Positions 48,852 to 57,673 of a stretch of DNA of 64,000 nt are shown here, one piece after another (position 1 is the first letter of the stretch; the number at the start of each line of letters is the position of its first letter). The notes under the pieces were generated by a model. It worked only from the letters and a program-made list of their open reading frames with translations. It was not told the origin of the DNA and searched no databases. Origin of the DNA: an uncultured delta proteobacterium (GTDB lineage Bacteria; Desulfobacterota; Binatia; Binatales; Binataceae); contig CAWEEQ010000004.1 of NCBI GenBank assembly GCA_963808235.1, forward strand, positions 2,304,001 to 2,368,000, given 5' to 3'. Both the position numbers and the translations under genes were made by a program.

Positions 48852-49610
48852 TCAGATCACGTAGCCGCCGTTGGGGCTGATTACCTGGCCGACCATGAAT
48901 TTCGAATCCTCGCAGGCGAGGAACAGCGCGGCGGCGGCGATGTCACTTGGCTCTCCGAAGCGGCCAATCGGCGTGATCGCTTCTATCTGCTGGCGCATCT
49001 CGCCTTCGATGAACGAGGTCATCGGCGTGTCGATGAAGCCGGGCGCGATGCAATTGACGAGGATTCCCATCGCCACCACTTCGCGCGCGACTGACTTCGT
49101 AAACGAGATGATCCCGCCCTTCGCCGCGCAGTAGTCCGACGCGAACGCGAGCCCGGTCGTGCCTGCGATCGAACCGAGGTTAATGATGCGGCCTGACAGT
49201 TTCGGGATCATCACCTTGAGCGCCTCGCGGGTGCAGAAGAACGTCGAGTCGAGATGCGTCGCGAGCATCTTGTGCCAATCCTCGTCGGTCTTTTCGTGAG
49301 TGGGGATGACCTCGCTCGACTCGCGAATCCGTCCAACGCCCGCATTGTTAATGAGTATGTCGATAGTGCCAAACGCCGCGATGAAGTCGGTGAACATTTT
49401 CTTGACGGCCGCGCTGCTCGAGACGTCGGCGACGAAAGGCCGCGCCTTGCCGCCGGCGCGCTCGATCTCCGTCGCGACGTTTTGCGCGGATTCGGGCTTG
49501 ATGTCGTTGACGCCGACCTTTGCACCCTCGCGCGCGAAGGTCAGTCCCATCTCGCGGCCTAGACCTGATCCTCCGCCGGTGATCAGCACGACTTTGTCTT
49601 TCAGCTTCAT
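48852..49610 (-). CDS. SDR oxidoreductase (FabG-like)
   Basis: TGGGSGLG, NNAG, YCAAK, PGFIDT. Confidence 0.92.
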   Translation of the reverse strand: MKLKDKVVLITGGGSGLGREMGLTFAREGAKVGVNDIKPESAQNVATEIERAGGKARPFVADVSSSAAVKKMFTDFIAAFGTIDILINNAGVGRIRESSEVIPTHEKTDEDWHKMLATHLDSTFFCTREALKVMIPKLSGRIINLGSIAGTTGLAFASDYCAAKGGIISFTKSVAREVVAMGILVNCIAPGFIDTPMTSFIEGEMRQQIEAITPIGRFGEPSDIAAAALFLACEDSKFMVGQVISPNGGYVI

Positions 49611-49661
49611 CGCGACCCTCTCTCCACTTCATGTTCCCCTTCCCTCAAGGGAAGGGTTTGG

Positions 49662-50000
49662 CTATTTCTTGCCTTCCTTGAGTTGGCGTTTCCAATCGAG
49701 CCGGCGCGCTTCGGCGCCAGCAGCCTCGGCTTCCTGAATCATGCCCTTCTTCTGGTAGAACATGCTGAGGTTGGTAAACGCCAAAATGTCTTCGGGCGCC
49801 TGCTCGATAAACTTTTTCGTCAGCTCGATAGCCGAATCGAGATCGCCCTTGGCCTGATAGCACATGGTCATCCCATGGAGGGCGTCGACAAACTTGGGAT
49901 CGATCTCGAGCGCCTGCTTGTATAGCGCGATCGCTTCGTCGAATTTATCGTCGGCGTACGCGTCGATCGCTTCGTCGTAAAGCTCTTCCTTGTCGGCCAT
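49662..50000 (-). CDS. TPR-repeat protein
   Basis: AIALYKQALEIDP and related TPR helices. GGAGG RBS. Confidence 0.8.
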   Translation of the reverse strand: MADKEELYDEAIDAYADDKFDEAIALYKQALEIDPKFVDALHGMTMCYQAKGDLDSAIELTKKFIEQAPEDILAFTNLSMFYQKKGMIQEAEAAGAEARRLDWKRQLKEGKK

Positions 50001-50077
50001 CGTGAAACCTCCGCTGATGCAGGAGGGACGCACGGATACCGCGCGCCGCCACCCTCTTATATACTAGCTAGTGTCTT

Positions 50078-50395
50078 ATGGAGAATTCACCCGCACTCAC
50101 TGAAGCCGAAGTCTACGAAGTGCTGCGCGAGTGCTACGACCCCGAAATACCGGTAAACCTCGTCGACCTTGGATTGATTTACGGCGTTGAGATCGAGAAC
50201 CGCGTAGTCAACGTCACGATGACGCTGACGGCGCCCGGCTGCCAGATGGGCATGATGATCACGCAGGAGATCCAGGACAAGCTGCTCGGGATTCCCGGAT
50301 GCGACGACGCCCTGGTGGAGATTGTGTGGGATCCGCCGTGGACGCCGCACATGATGACCGAGGCAGCGAAAAAGCAACTAAAGATCGACGACTGA
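50078..50395 (+). CDS. DUF59 metal-sulfur cluster assembly factor
   Basis: DPEIPVNLVDLGLIY, MTLTAPGC, WDPPW. Confidence 0.9.
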   Translation: MENSPALTEAEVYEVLRECYDPEIPVNLVDLGLIYGVEIENRVVNVTMTLTAPGCQMGMMITQEIQDKLLGIPGCDDALVEIVWDPPWTPHMMTEAAKKQLKIDD

Positions 50396-50398
50396 CGA

Positions 50399-50638
50399 CT
50401 AGTGTTCGGGAACGATTCGCAGATCAGCACTAACCGGTATTTCAAACAGATCGCCGCGTAAGAGGCGCGTTGAGAAGAACAAAACCTCGACGTTTTCGAC
50501 TTCACCCGATTCAGGATTGAGCCGCACCACGACTTCGTCGGGCAGTTCTTCTGACTTTTGCGCCGGATACGGATCGCGTTTGTTGATGTACAAAATGTCG
50601 GCATCGCGGTCATATTTGAAACTTAACTTTGCTTCCAT
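50399..50638 (-). CDS. DUF2283 protein
   Basis: YDRDADILYI, VV.LN...GEV..VEVL. AGGAG RBS. Confidence 0.8.
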   Translation of the reverse strand: MEAKLSFKYDRDADILYINKRDPYPAQKSEELPDEVVVRLNPESGEVENVEVLFFSTRLLRGDLFEIPVSADLRIVPEH

Positions 50639-50708
50639 TCGACATCTCCTGCCGCGATACTGCGCGCGATGTACGGACACGCGAACTTCTTCAAGTTGCC
50701 GCTCCCCT

Positions 50709-52322
50709 TCAGTCAGGATCGATCAGCACCCCCGGATTCAGAATCGAGCGCGGATCGAGAGCCTTTTTTGCGGCCTTGAGCGCGAGTGCGAAGCCGTCGG
50801 GACGCTGGCGATCGTACCACGGCCGATGATAGCGGCCGACGGCGTGATGATGCGTGATCGTGCCGCCCAACTTGATCAGCTTGTCCGATACCGCGGATTT
50901 GATTTCATTCCACTGCTCGATTTCGGAGCCGCGTCTTCCCGGCGCAAGCACCGTGTAGTACGGCGCGGGACCGTCGGGGTAGACGTGCGTGAATCGGCAC
51001 GTCACCGAACCCTTGCCGCACACGCGCGCGATCGCGTCGCGCGCGCATTCCATCATCTGACGATGAAAGTCCGGAAACCGCTCCCACGTGATCGAAGTCT
51101 CGAAAGTATCGCTGACCATTCCGAGCGCGGCGACGGTATCCATCAGGTACGGCGCGTTCAGGAACGCGTTGCGCCATGCTCCCGCCGAGCCTTCGTGAGT
51201 TGCGTCGGCGTCGGTGCGAGTCTTTGCCGCGTCGGCGGGAACTTTGCCGCCGTGATCGGCGCAGCACTCGAGCGCGCGCTTCATCCATGGTTCCAGTGGA
51301 TGATCTGCGGACTCGAACGCGAGCACCAGCACGGCTTCCTCGCCATTGCCGGCGCCGGAGTTGAACGCCTCGCCTTCATCCAGGACGCGGCAATTCGCGG
51401 GATAGATTCCGGCCTGTGAGATCTGGCGAACTGCTTCGGCCGCTTTGAAGATGTCGGGAAACGGTACCGACGCGCCGGCGCGAAAGGTGGGCCGATCCTG
51501 CAGGCGCATCCACGCTTCAGTAATAACGCCGAGGATTCCTTCCGAGCCGATGAACATCCGATCGGGACTCGGGCCCGCGCCGGAACCGGGTAATCGGCGC
51601 GACTCGACGATTCCAGTTGGAGTGACGACGCGAAGCGACTCGACGAAATCGTCGATGTGCGTATAGAGCGTCGCGAAGTGACCGCCCGAGCGAGTCGCGA
51701 TCCATCCGCCGAGCGTCGAGAACTCGAACGACTGCGGGAAATGCCGAATCGTCAGTCCGTGCGACTTGAGCTGCGCGTCGAGCGCGGGGCCGTAAACTCC
51801 CGCCTGGATTCGCGCGGCGCGCGAGACATTGTCGACTTCGAGGACTTTGTCCAGATGCATCAGATCGATCGAGACCGCGCCGCGATAGCGATCGTCGTTG
51901 GGCGGCTCAACTCCACCGACGACGCTCGATCCGCCGCCGTAAGGAACCGCCGCCAGCCGCGCACCGTCGCACCATTCGAGCAGCCGGAGCAGATCGTGCT
52001 CATCGCGCGGATACGCAACCAGGTCGATTGGATTTGGGTAGTCGCGCCGGAACGCGCGCCGGATATCGCCGGAACTCTTGCCGTAGGTGTGCCCCGCGCG
52101 CTCGTGGATGCTGGTCGAGCAAAGCGCTTCGAGTGCGGGCGGTGGCTTGATACGCGGCGCGCGGAGATTTAGTTCGCTCTCTTTTGGTGGCGGTATGAGT
52201 TCGAGCGGGCCAAGGCCGAATCGCTTGGCCATCCGCTCGGCCATATGCTTTTGCTGCTCGAGATTCGGCCCCTGATCTTCGTAACCCCATCCCCAAAACT
52301 TTCGCTTGCGATTCTCCGCCAT
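50709..52322 (-). CDS. FAD-linked oxidase (alkyl-DHAP synthase-like)
   Basis: FWGWG, PYGGGSSVVGG, HFPQSFEFSTLGGW, THHHAVG, LNPG. Confidence 0.88.
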   Translation of the reverse strand: MAENRKRKFWGWGYEDQGPNLEQQKHMAERMAKRFGLGPLELIPPPKESELNLRAPRIKPPPALEALCSTSIHERAGHTYGKSSGDIRRAFRRDYPNPIDLVAYPRDEHDLLRLLEWCDGARLAAVPYGGGSSVVGGVEPPNDDRYRGAVSIDLMHLDKVLEVDNVSRAARIQAGVYGPALDAQLKSHGLTIRHFPQSFEFSTLGGWIATRSGGHFATLYTHIDDFVESLRVVTPTGIVESRRLPGSGAGPSPDRMFIGSEGILGVITEAWMRLQDRPTFRAGASVPFPDIFKAAEAVRQISQAGIYPANCRVLDEGEAFNSGAGNGEEAVLVLAFESADHPLEPWMKRALECCADHGGKVPADAAKTRTDADATHEGSAGAWRNAFLNAPYLMDTVAALGMVSDTFETSITWERFPDFHRQMMECARDAIARVCGKGSVTCRFTHVYPDGPAPYYTVLAPGRRGSEIEQWNEIKSAVSDKLIKLGGTITHHHAVGRYHRPWYDRQRPDGFALALKAAKKALDPRSILNPGVLIDPD

Positions 52323-52433
52323 AGAAATGTTCCTCGCATTTGCCGACTGCGCGATTTTGCGCTTGACGCAGCTTAGAGGGCAAACGCGAATTGAAGCTTG
52401 CGCAGATCCGGGTGAGGTCGTATCAATCAAGTC

Positions 52434-53327
52434 ATGAGCGACAAAGAAATATCGGCACAAATCTCAGCGGCAGACCCGCATCCGCGGAAGAAACTCGAAC
52501 TGCTCAACACCTGGATGTCATACGCGGACACCGGAAGCGGCGACCCGGTAGTCTTTCTGCATGGCAATCCGACCTCGTCGTATCTCTGGCGCAATATCAT
52601 TCCGCACGTCGCGCCGCTCGCGCGATGCATCGCGCCGGACCTGATCGGGATGGGCGCGTCAGGGAAGTCGGCGACGGGGACGTATCGCTTCGTCGATCAC
52701 GCGCGGCATCTCGACGCGTTCTTCGAGGGCCTGAATCTCAAGAGCAAGGTCACTCTGGTCGTGCATGATTGGGGCTCGGCGCTCGGCTTTTATTGGGCAT
52801 CGCGGCATCGCGAGGTCGTGAAGGGAATCGCGTACATGGAGGCGATCGTGCGGCCGCTGAAATGGTCGGAATGGCCGGCGGCCGCGACCGATGTTTTCAA
52901 AGCGATGCGCAGTCCGGCCGGCGACGACATGATCCTGAACCAAAACCTCTTCGTGGAGGTGATTTTGCCCCGCAGTGTCATTCGGAAACTGAGCGACGCC
53001 GAAATGAAAGAGTATCGCAAACCGTATGTGCAGGCCGGCGAGTCACGCCGTCCGATGCTCACCTGGCCGCGCGAGATTCCGATCGACGGCGAGCCCAAGG
53101 ACGTAACCGAGATCGCGAAGGGCTACTCGGAGTGGCTAGCGAAGAGTCCGATGCCGAAGCTGTTCATCAACGCCGAGCCCGGCGTTATCTTGACGGGTCC
53201 GCAGCGCGAGTTCTGCCGCACGTTTCCGAATCAGCACGAGGTGACCGTCAAGGGCATGCACTTCATCCAGGAAGATTCGCCGCACGAGATCGGCGCAGCG
53301 ATCGCCGACTGGTATCGCTCGATCTGA
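52434..53327 (+). CDS. Haloalkane dehalogenase (DhaA/LinB-like)
   Basis: HGNPTSSYLWR, HDWG nucleophile, WPR.IP, HF.QEDSP. Confidence 0.92.
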   Translation: MSDKEISAQISAADPHPRKKLELLNTWMSYADTGSGDPVVFLHGNPTSSYLWRNIIPHVAPLARCIAPDLIGMGASGKSATGTYRFVDHARHLDAFFEGLNLKSKVTLVVHDWGSALGFYWASRHREVVKGIAYMEAIVRPLKWSEWPAAATDVFKAMRSPAGDDMILNQNLFVEVILPRSVIRKLSDAEMKEYRKPYVQAGESRRPMLTWPREIPIDGEPKDVTEIAKGYSEWLAKSPMPKLFINAEPGVILTGPQREFCRTFPNQHEVTVKGMHFIQEDSPHEIGAAIADWYRSI

Positions 53328-53512
53328 AGCTGATCAGCCAGGACATGTTCGCCGTTCTCGATACGATCGGCGATCACTCGAAGCGCCAGCGCTTCGACAG
53401 CGGCGACCGCGCGAGCACGCGTCTTGCCGTACGCCATCACTCCGGGCAGATCGGTTACGTCGGCAATCCAGCGGCCGTCTACCTCGCGTTCGATTTCTAG
53501 CGTGAGCTTCAT
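53231..53512 (-). CDS. HicB-family antitoxin (no HicA partner)
   Basis: EREVDGRWIA...LPGV.AYG.T...A. Confidence 0.8.
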   Translation of the reverse strand: MKLTLEIEREVDGRWIADVTDLPGVMAYGKTRARAVAAVEALALRVIADRIENGEHVLADQLQIERYQSAIAAPISCGESSWMKCMPLTVTSC

Positions 53513-53520
53513 GCGTCAAC

Positions 53521-55029
53521 TCAGCCCTGCCGGCGGTTGCGGAGCGCTGGGCGCGATGGCTTCGGCATGTGGATGTACAGCTTGTCGGCGGCCGGACGTC
53601 CGTCGGTGTGCATCGAGGGCGGGCGCATCGCGTACTTCACTTCTTTGGAATGCTCCGCGAACTGACGCTCGGGGTTGTACACGCTGTTGAACTTCCAGAG
53701 CATCTTGATGAAGTTCGTCTGCCCCTTGAGCGCGAGCCGGCCGGCAATCGACGCGACCGATTTCAGCGCGGCAAAGCCAAGATGCTTGCGATTGAGCACG
53801 TCCTGCGTCTTCACCAGCTCCTGGTAGAACTGGAGCAGCGGCAGCTTGGTCGGCAACACCGCGTGCTGGATGTCGAACAGGCGATAGTCGAGGGTCGTGA
53901 GCTTGCGCGATTCGGTGAACCACAACTCAGTGCCGGGATACGGTGTCGCGACCGTCAGGTGCACGATTTCCGGGATGCTCATCGCCCATTCGCGGATGAC
54001 CTGGAAGCGGCGCTCATCCCATGACGGGTCCGCGATCAGGTTGATCGCGACGGTCAGCCCGATCTCGCGCGCGACTTCGAGCGCCTTGAAGTTGACGCCC
54101 ATCGAGGAGCGCTTGCGATGCAGCTTCAGGCCTTCCTCGTCGATCGCCTCGAGACCGAGGAACATGTATTCCATGCCGAGCGAGCGCCAGTACTTGAAGA
54201 CTTCCGGGTTGCGGCATAGAACGTCGGCGCGGGTCTCGAGGTAATACTGTTTTTTGATTTTGCGCTTTTCGATTTCGTGGCCGATCGCGAAGCCATGCTC
54301 GGGATGGATGAACGCTACGTCGTCGACGATGAAGACGTTGGGCTCCTTGATCGAGAGCATATCTTCGGCGGCGGCTTCCGGAGTGGATTTGCGGTAGCTG
54401 CGGCCGTAGAAGGTCCAAGCGCTGCAGAAGGAGCAATCCCACGGACATCCGCGGGTGAACTCGATCGACGCACACGGATCGAGCACGCCGATGAAGTACT
54501 TGTTGCGCTGCCGTCCGAGATCGCGCGCCGGGAAAAACTGGTCGAGGTCGTCGAGCATCACCGGCGTCGGTCCGGTGCCTCGCGTGGTCACGACGCCGGG
54601 GACTTTGCCGATTGCGCCGCCGTCGCCAATCGCGTCGAGCAGCATCGGGGTCGCGGTCTCGCCCTCGCCACGAATGATCGCGTCGATGTTTCCTCGCGCA
54701 TGCTCCAGGATCTCGTCCGCAACGAACGAACCGCTATGGCCGCCGGTGAATACGAAGCAGTCCTTGAGAAGGCGCTTCACGTCGACGGCGAGGTCGATCA
54801 CTTCGGGAACATTGGCGAGATAGTTGAGCGAGAAGCCGACCGCATTCGGACGAAAACTCTCAAGTTCCGCGTACAGGTCGCGGTGCTTGAAGATCTGCAG
54901 GTCGAGTATCCTGACGTCGTGGCCGGCAGCGCGCACCGCGGCGGCGACCCGTTCCATCCCGAGCGGTTCCAGGCGCAGGTAGATCTCGCTGTACATGAGC
55001 GGACTCGGGTGCACGAATAGGACCCGCAT
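53521..55029 (-). CDS. hpnR: Hopanoid C-3 methylase (B12-binding radical SAM)
   Basis: VHPS.LMYSE..LRLEPLG, LNYLANVPE, RGCPWDCSFCSAW, DYRLFDIQHAVLPT. Confidence 0.88.
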   Translation of the reverse strand: MRVLFVHPSPLMYSEIYLRLEPLGMERVAAAVRAAGHDVRILDLQIFKHRDLYAELESFRPNAVGFSLNYLANVPEVIDLAVDVKRLLKDCFVFTGGHSGSFVADEILEHARGNIDAIIRGEGETATPMLLDAIGDGGAIGKVPGVVTTRGTGPTPVMLDDLDQFFPARDLGRQRNKYFIGVLDPCASIEFTRGCPWDCSFCSAWTFYGRSYRKSTPEAAAEDMLSIKEPNVFIVDDVAFIHPEHGFAIGHEIEKRKIKKQYYLETRADVLCRNPEVFKYWRSLGMEYMFLGLEAIDEEGLKLHRKRSSMGVNFKALEVAREIGLTVAINLIADPSWDERRFQVIREWAMSIPEIVHLTVATPYPGTELWFTESRKLTTLDYRLFDIQHAVLPTKLPLLQFYQELVKTQDVLNRKHLGFAALKSVASIAGRLALKGQTNFIKMLWKFNSVYNPERQFAEHSKEVKYAMRPPSMHTDGRPAADKLYIHMPKPSRPALRNRRQG

Positions 55030-55242
55030 ATAAGTACCTCTGGCGGAGCGCATCTACGCTTTGCGTCAGCTCCGCGATTCGCTAGTCGTCGATCCCTAGT
55101 CGCGATTTTATCGCGATTTTACCCGCCTGACCAATCGGCCAGTCCGGGTCCGGGGCCATCCTAGTACACTGGCGAAGGTTAATGAAATAGCCGTGCGAGC
55201 CTCTGATAAGTTAGCTGTGCTAATATTTCGGGCGTGGAAGTC

Positions 55243-55416
55243 ATGGTGCCGCCTGAGGTTCCAAAAAAGAGAAGGTTTGTATTCGTGACGGTCGTGTTCG
55301 CGGCGGTGCTGATCGATGCGATTCTGCTGGCCCATGTCCACGCGCAATATGTTCATGACCACGGCTACGACGTTCGTCCGCGGCATCGCGCGGTCGCCAA
55401 GCCTGCACCTCCTTGA
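55243..55416 (+). CDS. Possible small membrane protein
   Basis: Basic patch + one hydrophobic helix + His-rich tail. No family recognised. Confidence 0.4.
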   Translation: MVPPEVPKKRRFVFVTVVFAAVLIDAILLAHVHAQYVHDHGYDVRPRHRAVAKPAPP

Positions 55417-55500
55417 CAGATCGTTCGATCGAATCAGAACATCAATTGACCTGTAGCGGCCGCTCAGGCGAAAAAATCGACTAACCGATTTGGAGAAGTG

Positions 55501-56514
55501 ATGCATTATTCGAAACTCGGCAAAACCGGAATGACCGTCTCGCGCATCTGTCTCGGGTGCATGAGCTACGGGGACAAGAAATGGCGCGATTGGGTGCTCA
55601 CGATGGATGAGGCGCGCGAGCATTTCGCGACCGCGCTCGAATCGGGAATCAACTTCTTCGACACCGCGAACGTGTACTCGGTCGGGGTGAGCGAGGAGGT
55701 CACCGGGCGATGGCTCGGCGAGATGGCGAAGCGCGACGAGTTCGTGGTCGCGACCAAAGTGTACGGGCCGATGGCGTCGGGGCAGAATCGCGGCGGGCTT
55801 AGCCGCAAGAGCATTCTAGAAGCGTGCGAAGCGTCGCTGCGAAGGCTCAAGATGGATTTCATCGACCTGTATCAAATCCATCGATGGGACTACACGACGC
55901 CGATCGAGGAGACACTCGAAGCACTCGACTCGCTGGTGCGCGCGGGCAAGGTGCGTTACCTCGGCGCGAGCTCGATGGCGGCGTGGCAGTTCGCCAAGGC
56001 GCTCAGCATCCAGAAGGAAAACGGATGGCATCGGTTTGTCTCGATGCAAAACCACTACAACCTGGTGTATCGCGAAGAAGAGCGCGAGATGAATCCGCTT
56101 TGCATCGACAACGGAGTCGGACTGATTCCATGGAGTCCGCTGGCGCGCGGATTCCTTGCGGGCAATCGCGACAAGGGCGGTAGCGGCCCGACCGCGCGCG
56201 CGAAGACCGACGACTTTGCCAAGAACATGTACTTCCGCGAGTACGACTTCGAAGTGCTGAGCGTGGTCGAGCAGATCGCGAAGGAACGCAGCGTGACGCC
56301 GTCGCAAGTCGCATGCGCATGGATCCTGCAAGCTCCGGGGGTCAGCGCGCCGATCATCGGCGCCACGAAGATTGGCCATCTCAAGGAAGCGATCGCGGCA
56401 GTCGACCTGAAGCTGACCGCTGACGAAGTCGCGGCGCTCGAGAAGCCGTATCGGCCACATCCGATTCTTGGGCACGAACAGCCGCGGCCGTCGCGGATGG
56501 TGGCTGCTCGCTAG
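55501..56514 (+). CDS. Aldo/keto reductase
   Basis: GINFFDTANVYS, ATK, DLYQIH, MQNHYNL, PWSPLARG. Confidence 0.93.
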   Translation: MHYSKLGKTGMTVSRICLGCMSYGDKKWRDWVLTMDEAREHFATALESGINFFDTANVYSVGVSEEVTGRWLGEMAKRDEFVVATKVYGPMASGQNRGGLSRKSILEACEASLRRLKMDFIDLYQIHRWDYTTPIEETLEALDSLVRAGKVRYLGASSMAAWQFAKALSIQKENGWHRFVSMQNHYNLVYREEEREMNPLCIDNGVGLIPWSPLARGFLAGNRDKGGSGPTARAKTDDFAKNMYFREYDFEVLSVVEQIAKERSVTPSQVACAWILQAPGVSAPIIGATKIGHLKEAIAAVDLKLTADEVAALEKPYRPHPILGHEQPRPSRMVAAR

Positions 56515-56524
56515 GAGTCTGCAC

Positions 56525-56938
56525 GTGGAAATCAACGGAATGGCGCATGTGATGCTGACGGTGAGCAATTTCGAGGCGTGTCTTCCATTCTACGAAAAGC
56601 TGCTCGTGTACCTAGGCCTGAAGCCGGTGATTCGGAACGAGGACACGTTCTACTGCGTCGGCGGAAGGACCGCGGTGGGCATCGTGAGATGCGACGAAGC
56701 GCATCGCGCGGAGACGTTCGAGCAACGCCGCGTCGGTCTGCATCACCTGTGTCTGCGTGCGCGCGAACGCGGCGATATCGATGAGATCTACGACTTTCTG
56801 AAAATGATCGGCGCGAAGATCGTGCATCCGCCGGAGGACGGGTCGTGGGCGCCGGGATACTACTCGGTGCTATTCGAGGATCCGGACGGCATCCGCATCG
56901 AGGTCAATCACGTGCCGGGAAAAGGACTGTTGGCGTAA
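56525..56938 (+). CDS. VOC family protein
   Basis: H..LTV, GLHHLCL, FEDPDGIRIE. Confidence 0.88.
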   Translation: MEINGMAHVMLTVSNFEACLPFYEKLLVYLGLKPVIRNEDTFYCVGGRTAVGIVRCDEAHRAETFEQRRVGLHHLCLRARERGDIDEIYDFLKMIGAKIVHPPEDGSWAPGYYSVLFEDPDGIRIEVNHVPGKGLLA

Positions 56939-56939
56939 G

Positions 56940-57653
56940 CTACGCGGCACGCGCGAGTTTTGCGCGCAGGCGCGTTGCGAGATCAGGGGCCGAGGTCTCG
57001 TGCTTGAAATAGACGAAGATTTCGCCGGCGCCTTCGGCGAGGCGATCGAGATTCTTCACCCATTGGTCGAGGCCCGCATCGTCGTAGGATTCCTTGCGCA
57101 ATCGAATGTAGATGTAAGGGGCGGTTCGCTCGAGGGGTGAGGCGAGCTTCTCCGTCTCGGCGATACATAGCGCGGCGCCGTTGTCGGCAAGCGCGGTCAT
57201 CACGGAGGCATCGAACCAACTATTATTTCGGAACTCGAATGCGGCGCGGAGGCGGCCTTTCAGGATCGCGAGAAAATCGCGCAGCAACGGGAGATCGAGT
57301 TTGAAGTCGGGCGGGAGCTGGAATAGCGCGGGGGCAAGCCGCTCGCCCATCACGGCGGCGCGCTCGACGAATGTGTCGGTGGTTTCTTTCGCGTCGCGGA
57401 GGCGCGCGAAGTGCGTGATTCGCTGCGGAGCTTTCAGCGCGAAGCGAAAAGCCGGCGGGGTGCGCGCGGCCCATCCTTCGAGCATCGCAGACTTCGGCAT
57501 CGCGCGGAACGTGTAGTTGATTTCGACGGTCGGCATCCGCTCGGCGTAGTACTCGAGCATTTTGGCGCCCGGGAGTTTCTCCGGATAAAAGCCGCCGAGC
57601 CATTCCTTGTACGAAAAGCCGGAGGTGCCGATCAGAATCTTGGCTTTTGCCAT
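56940..57653 (-). CDS. DUF72 protein
   Basis: IGTSGFSY..W.G.FYP, VEINYTF, FALKAP..ITH, FQLPP, EFR..SWF. Confidence 0.9.
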   Translation of the reverse strand: MAKAKILIGTSGFSYKEWLGGFYPEKLPGAKMLEYYAERMPTVEINYTFRAMPKSAMLEGWAARTPPAFRFALKAPQRITHFARLRDAKETTDTFVERAAVMGERLAPALFQLPPDFKLDLPLLRDFLAILKGRLRAAFEFRNNSWFDASVMTALADNGAALCIAETEKLASPLERTAPYIYIRLRKESYDDAGLDQWVKNLDRLAEGAGEIFVYFKHETSAPDLATRLRAKLARAA

Positions 57654-57673
57654 CGGACGATCGACGCGGGTTC

